Shown here piece after piece: positions 31,108 through 40,006 of a stretch of DNA of 64,000 nucleotides. This stretch comes from an uncultured cyanobacterium (GTDB lineage: Bacteria > Cyanobacteriota > Cyanobacteriia > Cyanobacteriales > CAWUOF01): positions 5,696,001 through 5,760,000 of the forward strand of contig CAVUSO010000001.1 of NCBI GenBank assembly GCA_963744145.1, given 5' to 3'. Under the pieces are notes generated by a model. That model had not been told where the DNA came from. It did no database searches and saw only the letters and a list, made by a program, of their open reading frames with translations. Position numbers and translations under genes: made by a program. Every line of letters starts with the position of its first letter. The stretch's first letter is position 1.

Positions 31108-31176
31108 ATACCCCTTGGATTTGAACCTTCCTAAACGAGCTGACTAGACTCGTGCGTGACCACTACTCTAGCCCGC
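31108..31176 (-). pseudogene. Degenerate tRNA
   Basis: GGTTCAAATCC T loop and ACGAG/CTCGT anticodon-like stem are present, but the acceptor strands do not pair. Confidence 0.6.
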
Positions 31177-31178
31177 TA

Positions 31179-31260
31179 TGGGTCGAGCTGGATTTGAACC
31201 AGCAAAGCGTTAAGCCGCGGTTTTACAGACCGTCACCTACACCAATAGGTGGGCCGACCC
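31179..31260 (-). tRNA. tRNA-Tyr(GTA)
   Basis: GGGTCGG/TCGACCC, A73, ACGGT-CTGTAAA-ACCGC, long variable arm. Confidence 0.85.
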
Positions 31261-31271
31261 AGAAAAAAACA

Positions 31272-31344
31272 CGGCCCCAACGGGATTTGAACCCGTGTCT
31301 TCTGATCGAAATTCAGAAATCCTTAACCACTAGACGATGGGGCC
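31272..31344 (-). tRNA. tRNA-Glu(TTC)
   Basis: GGCCCCA/TGGGGCC, TCTGA-ATTTCGA-TCAGA. Confidence 0.88.
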
Positions 31345-31347
31345 TTT

Positions 31348-31423
31348 TGGCAAGGGAGTCGAGCTTTGAACTCGAAGTCTTCGGTTTTGGAGACCGATAT
31401 GTTGCCAGTTACACCACTCCCCC
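31348..31423 (-). tRNA. tRNA-Trp(CCA), CCA end encoded
   Basis: TCGGT-CTCCAAA-ACCGA, ends GCCA. Confidence 0.9.
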
Positions 31424-31426
31424 CTA

Positions 31427-31501
31427 TGGTCGCAGCGGTGGGATTTGAACCCACATTTGCTCGGTTATGAGCCGAGGACTTTACCGTTAAGTTACACTGC
31501 A
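31427..31501 (-). tRNA. tRNA with CAT anticodon (Met, or Ile2), CCA end encoded
   Basis: CTCGG-CTCATAA-CCGAG, TGCAGTG/CGCTGCG, ends ACCA. Confidence 0.85.
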
Positions 31502-31538
31502 ATCTCTTTTAACTGTTTTCCCAACCTAATCTAGCTCA

Positions 31539-31611
31539 CGAGGCTGACGGGTTTCGATCCCGCTACCTTCTGTTCGACAGACAGACGCTCTCCCAATTGA
31601 GCTACAGCCCC
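31539..31611 (-). tRNA. tRNA-Asp(GTC)
   Basis: GGGGCTG/CAGCCTC, G73, TCTGT-CTGTCGA-ACAGA; T loop ATCGAAA. Confidence 0.88.
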
Positions 31612-31753
31612 ATTTAGATCAGGTTTACTTTTTGGGAATTTGGACTTGTTGGCGGTCTACCCAATAGGGCATTACCTGGGTCGGTGATTGCTCGCTTTTG
31701 AGTGAAAACCGCCTTTGTCCAAAAGTGTGTGATATGAAGAATTATTTATTTAG

Positions 31754-31765
31754 TTTTCAAGGTTC
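31754..31765 (-). promoter_or_regulatory. rrn-type boxA antitermination element in the tRNA operon leader
   Basis: GAACCTTGAAAA matches the cyanobacterial rrn ITS boxA and follows a boxB-like hairpin (31773-31810). Confidence 0.65.
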
Positions 31766-31819
31766 AGTTTCTGGCTAGGGTGAAGCTTTTCGGTTCTTTC
31801 CCTCTCGCCCTATATTTAC

Positions 31820-31848
31820 ATACTACAATCATACTACAAAATTGTCAA
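31820..31848 (-). promoter_or_regulatory. Sigma70 promoter of the tRNA operon overlapped by two ATACTACA operator-like boxes
   Basis: TTGACA-N17-TAGTAT on minus strand; ATACTACA at 31820-31827 and 31831-31838. Confidence 0.8.
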
Positions 31849-32117
31849 GGGTTTAGACAAAAAAATTTTTGATTGGCAGCAAAGAGGGCGGAAACCTTAT
31901 GTATAGGTGGGTTTAAGGGTTTGGTTGGTAGTTAGGTTATGGTAGGTGACATGGGTTCGCTGAGGCGATCGCTGGCCAATGGAATGATGATGAAATTATA
32001 AGTGGATTAAAACATCGCCATGACTCAAGGGGCGGATTGAATACGCCCCTTGATACTGCTATCTTTTAGTCTCGTCGAACTGACATTGAAAGCTATAATT
32101 TCAATATAACTTTATAT

Positions 32118-32135
32118 ATACTACACTTGTATTAT
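32118..32135 (+). promoter_or_regulatory. Putative autoregulatory operator upstream of the TrcR-like gene
   Basis: ATACTACA-CT-TGTATTAT imperfect inverted repeat using the same half-site as the tRNA promoter. Confidence 0.7.
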
Positions 32136-32167
32136 TACTCTATCTACCCCTAAAAGGAGAAAAAATC

Positions 32168-32503
32168 ATGTATACCATTAATCGCACCTCAACCACGGAA
32201 ATGGAAGTAACTAGCATCAGACTGGAAAGAGAACTGAAGGAAAATCTCAAGGACATCGCAGGTGGTCAAGGTTATCAGGCTCTAATTCGAGATATTCTCT
32301 GGAACTATGTACAACAGAAATCGGGCGACTATCGACCTCAATTTTCCCGGACCGATATCCGGGCCAGTATAGCGGCTACAGCCCAACGAGAGGAGCATTG
32401 CGTTCTGACAGGGCAGTTAATTCGACCACAAGAACCGATGTTTTTAGGATTGACGATCAATGGCGATATGGTTCCCTTAAGTGTCAAAAGTTTAGTTGGT
32501 TAG
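32168..32503 (+). CDS. trcR: Ribbon-helix-helix transcriptional repressor, TrcR-like
   Basis: MEVTSIRLERELK..GYQALIRDILWNYVQQK; AAGGAG RBS; family recognised from memory, supported by adjacency to the tRNA array and shared boxes. Confidence 0.75.
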   Translation: MYTINRTSTTEMEVTSIRLERELKENLKDIAGGQGYQALIRDILWNYVQQKSGDYRPQFSRTDIRASIAATAQREEHCVLTGQLIRPQEPMFLGLTINGDMVPLSVKSLVG

Positions 32504-32524
32504 TCAGCCTTAATAATTTTCAAG

Positions 32525-32554
32525 TAGCCATCGGTATTTTTCTACCGATGGCTA
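32525..32554. terminator. 12-bp hairpin downstream of trcR
   Basis: TAGCCATCGGTA-TTTTTC-TACCGATGGCTA. Confidence 0.5.
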
Positions 32555-32621
32555 AATTATTACATGAACCATTAGCCGCCATACTGAAAAATAGATCAAT
32601 CAACTCAGAACAGGAAAAACC

Positions 32622-33773
32622 ATGCTGTTATCAAAAGGTTTTGAAGTCGAAATGTATACCGGCACACCCCAGGGAGATATTGTGGGACTGTCTGACCGGA
32701 TTGTCGCTAATTTAGCAGGATTTGTGCGTGAACCTGACAACCGTAATGTCGAATACACTACAGCACCCTTATTTAGTTACGAGCGTTTATTGTGTGCTTT
32801 AGTCCGTCCCAGGTTGCGTTTGCGGGAATATATCAAAACTTTAGGCAATTATACCCTAATTCCCGGCAGTACCATGTCTTTAGGTGGGAGCGATCGCTTT
32901 TTTCGCTCTGATCCAGCTAATCCTTACCACACCTATATTGAGCAAACCTACGGGACAAAAGTGGTCACTTCGAGTATCCATATCAACGTTGGGATTAGTG
33001 ACCCAGAAACCCTGATGCGGGCGATTCGGCTGGTCCGGGTGGAAGCCCCACTTTATTTAGCCCTCAGTGCTGCTTCACCTTTTCTTGATGGTCAAACAAC
33101 TGGATATCATTCCACCCGTTGGCAATTATTTCCCCAAACTCCTGCCCATGTGCCACTATTTGAAAGCCATGCCCACTATATTAAATGGACAGAAGAGCAA
33201 CTAAAATTGGGCACCATGCAAAATGTTCGTCATCTCTGGTCTGCGGTTCGACCCAATGGCGATCGCCGTCCCTATGATCTCAACCGAGTGGAACTGAGAA
33301 TTACCGATTTAGTCACCGACCCGATCGCTTTACTAGCAATCATGGCTTTGTTAGAAGCTCGACTTCATCAATTAATTGACGATCCGAGTTTAGATCCTTT
33401 GGAAAAAAGTCAATTACCAGCCAGCACGCGGGCTGAAGAAATGATTGCCATCACCAAGCACAACGAAATTGCTGCGACCAAAGCTAGCTTAGATGCCCAT
33501 TTAATTCATTGGCAAGATGGCAGAACTATTTTAGCGCGGGATTGGATTTTAGAAATTTATCAAGAAGTCTGGTTAATTGCCAAAAAACGTGGTTTTAGTT
33601 GCTTCCTTTCCCCATTGAAAAAAATTCTACGGGAAGGAAATGAAGCCCAAAAATGGTTAAAGCAAAATCAAGCAGGTTTTGACCACCGCACGATTATTAT
33701 GGAAGCAATTCAGGGTATGTTTCAACAAGAACTGGATTTAGAAGATAAATTATGTCAGTTGCTGGTAGCGTGA
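32622..33773 (+). CDS. gshA: Glutamate--cysteine ligase, cyanobacterial type
   Basis: KGFEVEMYTG, REPDNRNVEY, HINVG, RPNG..RPYDLNRVELRI. Confidence 0.9.
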   Translation: MLLSKGFEVEMYTGTPQGDIVGLSDRIVANLAGFVREPDNRNVEYTTAPLFSYERLLCALVRPRLRLREYIKTLGNYTLIPGSTMSLGGSDRFFRSDPANPYHTYIEQTYGTKVVTSSIHINVGISDPETLMRAIRLVRVEAPLYLALSAASPFLDGQTTGYHSTRWQLFPQTPAHVPLFESHAHYIKWTEEQLKLGTMQNVRHLWSAVRPNGDRRPYDLNRVELRITDLVTDPIALLAIMALLEARLHQLIDDPSLDPLEKSQLPASTRAEEMIAITKHNEIAATKASLDAHLIHWQDGRTILARDWILEIYQEVWLIAKKRGFSCFLSPLKKILREGNEAQKWLKQNQAGFDHRTIIMEAIQGMFQQELDLEDKLCQLLVA

Positions 33774-33965
33774 ACCCAGGTATTGAGGGATCAGGTGTAT
33801 TTTTTGCTACTAAAGTCTGCCTGGGTCACTGCTTTTGGGTGATAAGAATTTTTTATCAATTTTTATTTCCCAAGTCTGATTAAAAATTTATATCAATCGC
33901 CAGGTTTTTTTTGAGAAAATGACCAAAATTTAGGCCAAATTCTCATTTTCTTACTCTTTCAGAAT

Positions 33966-34427
33966 ATGCCAAGCGTTGTTTTAATTCATCCCCAAATTCC
34001 ACCGAATACAGGTAATATTGCCCGTACTTGCGCTGCTACAGGCACAAAATTGCATTTGGTCGGACCGATGGGGTTTGAAATTACCGATCGCTATTTAAAA
34101 CGAGCTGGTCTCGATTATTGGCCTTATGTTGACTTTTGTCACCATCAATGCTTGGCAGACTTTCAAAGTTATCATCAACAGCAAGGTGGACGTTGGATCG
34201 GTTTTAGCACTAGTGGAGTATGTAGTTATATTCGCTTTCAATTTCAAGCAAATGACTGGTTATTATTTGGCAGTGAAACTATGGGTTTACCTGCTGGAGT
34301 TCTGACTCAATGTGACGCTACCCTTTATATACCAATGAGTCAACCAGGAGTCAGAAGCTTAAATCTTTCAGTCAGTGTAGCTGTAGGACTATTTGAAGCA
34401 AGACGTCAATTAGGTGTACTTGACTAA
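33966..34427 (+). CDS. trmL: tRNA (cytidine/uridine-34 2'-O)-methyltransferase, SPOUT
   Basis: PQIPPNTGNIARTC, RAGLDYW, FGSET.GL, RSLNLS. Confidence 0.94.
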   Translation: MPSVVLIHPQIPPNTGNIARTCAATGTKLHLVGPMGFEITDRYLKRAGLDYWPYVDFCHHQCLADFQSYHQQQGGRWIGFSTSGVCSYIRFQFQANDWLLFGSETMGLPAGVLTQCDATLYIPMSQPGVRSLNLSVSVAVGLFEARRQLGVLD

Positions 34428-35379
34428 AATTTGACTTCTGACAATGCAATTATCTACCCAAGCCAGGGATAAATTCTAGATGACATTAATTACTGAGCAG
34501 TAATAACTTTCCGAAAATTAGCCCTCTGGGGAATGCTCGCGATTGAGATTTTTAGCCATAAATTAAGGAGCGAATTTTTCCCAAGTCCTGGTCAAAATTA
34601 CCATCTAACCCTAAATCGTCAATATAGATTCCCAACGCTGAATTTGCCGATTTTTCCCCTGACCTAGTTATGCCTAATTGCTATTTGCCACAGCCATCTA
34701 GGCTAATATCAGTGATTTTTTTTACTTATCAAAATAATTAAGTATTTTTACTAAATTAATCGCTCTGGAGTTAATCATCAGTACCAAAAACTCGGTGTCT
34801 CCACCGAAAAATGACCAAAAAAAGCTGCAAACTCATCAAAACCAAAGTGGGGTATGATAAGAAATTTATATTAACGACTGACTAGGCTGAACTAATGGGA
34901 ACTATAGGTATATATCATTCTTATTTACTGTCCGGAATCGGTAAAAAGACGTTGTACTAAGCATATCAGCAACTTTTATTGCTTCAGGCAAAGATCTGTG
35001 CTTTAGTAAAAACTGGCTCATGGTACATACTTATACTGTTGTTGATCTGCTAGGAATTCGCTTACAGTCTCATCGGGTCTAAAAATATCAATAGTTATCA
35101 CTCACTATTGTTGATATCCAACTTCCCAGCTATATTATCCCAAGCTAGAAACTAGATTTTAGTGGGGCATTTACATTCATAAGCCAGGTGTGATTAATTT
35201 TTTTTGAGGAGTGTAAACTTGTCTAAATTAAAGAAAGCGGGATAATCTGGCCTAACTATATTGTCCGTCGTCATCGATGACGTAGATATATTCGAGGATG
35301 TGATTGAGATCATTGACAAGTGTGATAAAGTGATGAACTCAAGGACAGTTAATCGCTGGTCATTTTAGGAGGTCGTTTT

Positions 35380-37635
35380 TTGAAACGAGCATTTCCATAC
35401 AAGGTTAAGCCGGTTCCTACCTGTGCCGGAGCCTACGATGGCATGGAAGGACAGATTAGACAGTCGCTTCCAGAAGCAAATTATCGCAGGGTTCGCACCT
35501 CGGCGGCCATGATTGGATTGGCCATTTCGATGGGAACCTCTAGTCTACTAATTCCTGGTCAAGCTGATCCGGCGATCGCCGCGGAAAGCCAACAGGTAGC
35601 TGAGACTAATGGCCCAAAGGTAGCTCAAAATCAAGAAGTTACCAATAAAAGTACACCTGAGCTGAGACCAGTCTCAGCCCAAGTCCAATTAGAAACAACT
35701 AAAACGCAAGTAGCCAAACTAGCTCAACCTGAGTTACCCCAGGCGATCGCCAATGGTAACCAGCTCGGGTCTGAATCTGTCACTCCTGAGCAACAGCAGC
35801 TAAAAAATTCTCCGGAAAATAACACAAGTGCCGCAGGAAAAACTGAATTGCTCATCGAACAGCAATCATTACCTGCAAATAAAAGTGAAAGTTACGTCAA
35901 GCCGAATCTGAAGCTATTTGCCACCGAACCGCCACAATCAGGCGAAATCAGAGCGACAAGCGTCAATCAGCAATTAAAAACCAAGCAAGACGCTGCTCTT
36001 GATAAATTGAAAGAATCATCCAACCGGTTAAAAAATAGCCTGGCGGAGTTGAGGTCTGAGGAATACAGTTCATCCAGGTTGTCCTCCACTCAGTTAGGGG
36101 GAAAACCGACAGCCATAGAACAACCAAAACCTGTTACTCCCGCGGCTACACCAGAAGCGATCCAGCCAATTGTAGTAGAATCAGCGACCACAGTCGTAAC
36201 CAAATCGGAAAATCAAGCGCCAAATGCCGATCGGTCATTGTCAACAGTAAGCAGTCCGAAAGCAATTGGGCTAAAACTAGAAAAAACAGCCGCAGTAGTA
36301 GTACCGAGCTTGGTTCAATACCAAGTTAGTTCTGGGGATACGATTGATGAGATCGCCAACAATTATGGCGTTTCTCCACAAGAATTGGTCAAAGCAAATC
36401 ATTTGAGTGATCCAAACTGGCTCCAAGTTAATCAACCTTTGGAAATACCTCAAGATGAATCCTTAGGGCGTTTAGGATCACCGGCTCAGTCTGCACCAAA
36501 AGTTCCATCGCCAATGGCGAATGTAGCAGGAGGAACAACCCAGGCGATCGCCTTAGTCCCTGAATTAGTCAACCGGAACTCGAATTATGGTGTAACTGTA
36601 CCGACAGTAGCGACTGTAGCCAACCCAGAAAAATCAGATCGCCGAGAAATCAACAGTCAAAAACTGTCCCAGGCGATCGACAATGAGCAAGGAACGTCAT
36701 CAGCATCAGCTAAGTCCTTAGCAGAATCTGGTACAGAACCTCAAGTTATCCCCACACAAGTAAAATCTGGAGTTATTGGCCAAGATTCCCTAACCCAGAC
36801 TGGATCAGTTAACTCTGAAGCTCCTTACAATCCTTACGTGGAAAACCTCAGAGGTGAAATCCTCAAACTGCGGGAGAAATATCGAGCCCAACGTAAGAGC
36901 GATCGCACCGATTTAGATCCAGCTAGAGTTTCTGTGGTTGTACCCAAGGATGGGTCGGCTAATCAGCCGAACCTCCCACTGCAACCAGTGAACTCAGAAT
37001 TAAATCTGAAAAATTACGATCGCACTTTATCTGTTGAAAAAACCAGACAACAAGCTCGAGTTGCATCAAAATTACAACCTTTACCCAATCAAGCACCAAA
37101 TTCAACATCTCATCAGTTCCAAGCCCCATTGGTAGCGACTGGTCCTCTAGGTGTGGGTAATTACGATGCTAGTCAGCCCTTATTAGGCCAAAATGTAGCG
37201 CCAAATTTACCACCTTTGGCTCCTGCTGATACCTATTTACCCAAAAACTCAGCAATTTTTACCGGCTATATTTGGCCCGCTAAAGGGGTGTTGACTTCTG
37301 GTTTTGGCTGGCGCTGGGGCAGACTGCACGCCGGAATTGATATCGCAGCTCCGATTGGTACTCCTGTGGTCGCATCAGCTCCAGGGGTGATTACTTATGC
37401 CCGCTGGAATGATGGTGGCTATGGCAATCTAGTGGAAGTGACTCACCCAGATGGTAGCACGACTCTATATGGCCATAATGACCGGATTCTCGTCCAGGAA
37501 GGTCAAACAGTAGAACAGGGTCAAGAAATTGCGGAAATGGGCACGACTGGATATAGTACCGGTCCCCACTCCCATTTTGAAGTCCATCCACCAGGACAGG
37601 GTGCAGTTAACCCGATCGCTTTTCTACCTCGTTAA
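35380..37635 (+). CDS. LysM + M23 peptidoglycan endopeptidase (NlpD-like)
   Basis: YQVSSGDT LysM, HAGID, YGH, STGPHSHFE; AGGAGG RBS before TTG. Confidence 0.92.
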   Translation: MKRAFPYKVKPVPTCAGAYDGMEGQIRQSLPEANYRRVRTSAAMIGLAISMGTSSLLIPGQADPAIAAESQQVAETNGPKVAQNQEVTNKSTPELRPVSAQVQLETTKTQVAKLAQPELPQAIANGNQLGSESVTPEQQQLKNSPENNTSAAGKTELLIEQQSLPANKSESYVKPNLKLFATEPPQSGEIRATSVNQQLKTKQDAALDKLKESSNRLKNSLAELRSEEYSSSRLSSTQLGGKPTAIEQPKPVTPAATPEAIQPIVVESATTVVTKSENQAPNADRSLSTVSSPKAIGLKLEKTAAVVVPSLVQYQVSSGDTIDEIANNYGVSPQELVKANHLSDPNWLQVNQPLEIPQDESLGRLGSPAQSAPKVPSPMANVAGGTTQAIALVPELVNRNSNYGVTVPTVATVANPEKSDRREINSQKLSQAIDNEQGTSSASAKSLAESGTEPQVIPTQVKSGVIGQDSLTQTGSVNSEAPYNPYVENLRGEILKLREKYRAQRKSDRTDLDPARVSVVVPKDGSANQPNLPLQPVNSELNLKNYDRTLSVEKTRQQARVASKLQPLPNQAPNSTSHQFQAPLVATGPLGVGNYDASQPLLGQNVAPNLPPLAPADTYLPKNSAIFTGYIWPAKGVLTSGFGWRWGRLHAGIDIAAPIGTPVVASAPGVITYARWNDGGYGNLVEVTHPDGSTTLYGHNDRILVQEGQTVEQGQEIAEMGTTGYSTGPHSHFEVHPPGQGAVNPIAFLPR

Positions 37636-37659
37636 AGTAGCAAAAATTTCCACAAAAAT

Positions 37660-37697
37660 AGTCGGCTTCCGAACAGAAGCCGGCTTTTTCTATTTTT
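37660..37697 (+). terminator. Rho-independent terminator
   Basis: AGTCGGCTTC-CGAACA-GAAGCCGGCT followed by a T tract. Confidence 0.75.
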
Positions 37698-37790
37698 GGA
37701 GAAATCACGATAAAATTAGCCTCTGATCTTAACCAGTTAAATTTCACTGATTCTAGATAGTATAGTAATCTTGGTGTTCAGATTGTACTC

Positions 37791-38252
37791 ATGGCAGGGA
37801 TTTTAAAAATCAATATTATCGAAACGAGTGAAGACTTGAAAACCCTCCTGATCAAACAAACAACTGCTAGGGGTAAAGAAAGAATTCAAGCGTTGTATTT
37901 ACTGAAAATTGGTCAAGTCAAAACTCTTAAAGAGCTGTCTGTTGTCTTAGGTAGAGATCAAGCAACCATTTATCGTTGGTTTCGCAAGTATAAAGTTGAA
38001 GGGATCGATGGACTGTTAGAAGTTAAAAGAGGTCAAGGTCGAAAACCTGCGATTCCTAAAAATGTGATGGAAATACTTAAACATCGTCTGAAAGATCCGA
38101 AAGCTTTTAAAAGTTATGGTGAAATTAAATCTTGGCTGAAAGAAGAACATGATGTGGATGCTTCCTATAAAGTAGTGCATGAAGCGGTGAGATACAAATT
38201 ATCGATTAAATTAAAAAAAGGGAAAAATCACTCTCATAAAAAAGATCATTAA
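37791..38252 (+). CDS. HTH protein homologous to the N-terminal ORF of IS630 transposases; no DDE ORF follows
   Basis: KERIQALYLLK, TIYRWFRKY..GIDGLL, FKSYGEI..WL, YKVVH..VRYKL. Confidence 0.75.
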   Translation: MAGILKINIIETSEDLKTLLIKQTTARGKERIQALYLLKIGQVKTLKELSVVLGRDQATIYRWFRKYKVEGIDGLLEVKRGQGRKPAIPKNVMEILKHRLKDPKAFKSYGEIKSWLKEEHDVDASYKVVHEAVRYKLSIKLKKGKNHSHKKDH

Positions 38253-38818
38253 CGATTAGATAAAAAATTTAATCCTAAAAATATAGCTGCAATTGTACCA
38301 GAAACGCAAATCTCTCTTGATGATATTTTTTCCATTACTGTCGCGATCGCGATTAATTCTATTTCCACATCTTCAGTCAGATCAAGTTTTTGGACTGTCT
38401 GTTGCTGCACATTTTCAGCCAGAAATAAATGAATTTGATTGGTATCTTTTACTGGATTATCATATAACGTCGCTAGTTTAATGATTTTTTCAGCCACATA
38501 TCCAGTTTCTTCCTGTAGTTCTCTCGCTGCTGCACCTTCTCCATTTTCTTGAGTTGGATTAAATGTACCACCAGGAAGCTCTAATAAAATTTCTGCTACT
38601 CCATGTCGATATTGACGCACAAAAACTATCTCTTGTGCTGGTGTAATGGCTAAAATTAAGGCAATATCAGGTCTAATATTGACAAAATAATCATCAATTA
38701 TCAATCCATTAGGTAACTCTAATTGATCCTGTCTAACTTTGACCCATTGATGATCAATCACAGACTGAGATTTTAAAATTTTCCATTTCCGGATCTTGGT
38801 CATGTCCTTGCAATCCAA
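38249..38818 (-). CDS. NUDIX hydrolase (ADP-ribose pyrophosphatase-like)
   Basis: VRQYRH, ELPGG, AARELQEETGY. Confidence 0.92.
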   Translation of the reverse strand: MDCKDMTKIRKWKILKSQSVIDHQWVKVRQDQLELPNGLIIDDYFVNIRPDIALILAITPAQEIVFVRQYRHGVAEILLELPGGTFNPTQENGEGAAARELQEETGYVAEKIIKLATLYDNPVKDTNQIHLFLAENVQQQTVQKLDLTEDVEIELIAIATVMEKISSREICVSGTIAAIFLGLNFLSNR

Positions 38819-38824
38819 TAGGGT

Positions 38825-40006
38825 TCAGTCATGATTGGGAGTATTGTAGTTATATATTAATTTCTGTAGGTATTGATTGGCAAAATCTTGACTAATATGT
38901 TCCTGTTCTAACCGTTTTCCGTGAAGGGATAGATGGGAATATAAAACCTGTTCTTCAGGAGTTAGATTAGGTAAGTTTTCTGGATTTGATTCTGGAACAC
39001 TGACCGCAAATTCCTGAAAAGTTTCAAAGGTTTTTAGATCCATCATTATGGAGGTAGCTTGAGGGAAATAGTGTCTAAGTTGAGAGAGAATTTTAAATCC
39101 ATCAATATCTAAATCTCCCCAATAAAAAATCGGGTTGGATGTCAGCCATTTAATAGATTTTAGGATTTGAATTGCGTATCCGCTACCAAATAGAGCAAAG
39201 CTATTTTCTAAATTAGGTAGAGTTAGAAAGTTCATTAGATTTTCAGTAATAAAGAATTGATGTTTGTTTAAGTTAAGCTGTCTGAATTCGGAAATTGGGG
39301 TACTAATGTCGGTAACTGGAAACGCATATTTAGCTTTTAAGGTTTGATCTAAAATTCTTAACCGGATGCAAGGTTCACGATATTTAAGTGAAAATCGCTT
39401 TTCAAAAACATCCTCTTTTTCATCTTCTACTGATAAAAGTAATTCATTAGGTAGAATTGCTTCTAAAAGATTGCGAATAATTCCTTTATTTTGTTCGATA
39501 AATTTAGTGTGAATCTGAATCGGTAATTCTCGAATATAAAGGTTGGGTTTTGGATGACGCTGAAAATATTGGCAAACTTTAAGTAAGTCATTCCAGCGAT
39601 CGCTATATTCAATCACTTTTTTAGGGTTTTGGTAAACCCAGTGATTCAGTTCAGGAACTTGTGAGCGAATTAATTCTAGATCTGTTTTGAATTTTGAAAA
39701 TTCTTTCTCTTTCTTGAGCAGTTTTAAGTAATCCTGTTCTGTTTCAATGCTAATCCGTTGAGGTAAAGACTGCTGTCCATACTTGTGAGTATTACGAGTT
39801 TCTAGTTCCACTGTGTAACCATAACCTAAATCCTGTTTGGACTTACTGATTAACAAAGTAACAGCTTCTCGTAGATCAAGAAAATCTTTAGGACGAGAAC
39901 CAATCTCAAACTTCTTTGGAAAAAATTGATCTCCAGTAATCACTGAAGTAAGAAATGATGGATAAAGACGTTCTGCTTTTTGTTGAATTTGCTCAGGACT
40001 AATCAT
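38825..40006 (-). CDS. jetD: Wadjet JetD (DUF3322 + DUF2220, Toprim nuclease)
   Basis: LYIREL...HTKFIE, ITEN, YWGDLDIDG, RLEQE. Confidence 0.92.
   Translation of the reverse strand: MISPEQIQQKAERLYPSFLTSVITGDQFFPKKFEIGSRPKDFLDLREAVTLLISKSKQDLGYGYTVELETRNTHKYGQQSLPQRISIETEQDYLKLLKKEKEFSKFKTDLELIRSQVPELNHWVYQNPKKVIEYSDRWNDLLKVCQYFQRHPKPNLYIRELPIQIHTKFIEQNKGIIRNLLEAILPNELLLSVEDEKEDVFEKRFSLKYREPCIRLRILDQTLKAKYAFPVTDISTPISEFRQLNLNKHQFFITENLMNFLTLPNLENSFALFGSGYAIQILKSIKWLTSNPIFYWGDLDIDGFKILSQLRHYFPQATSIMMDLKTFETFQEFAVSVPESNPENLPNLTPEEQVLYSHLSLHGKRLEQEHISQDFANQYLQKLIYNYNTPNHD

Noticed and set aside
30986..31448. N-terminal extension of the PARG ORF to 31093, and ORF 31152-31448
   Set aside because: Both overlap tRNA genes; an RBS and ATG support the start at 30985
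33966..34427. trmL as part of the tRNA-array module
   Set aside because: Separated by gshA, no ATACTACA box seen upstream; looks like ordinary chromosomal context
34428..35379. Long intergenic region with a 14-bp palindrome (CGTCATCGATGACG near 35269-35282)
   Set aside because: No recognisable RNA family, ORF or repeat; consistent with a long promoter/5' UTR
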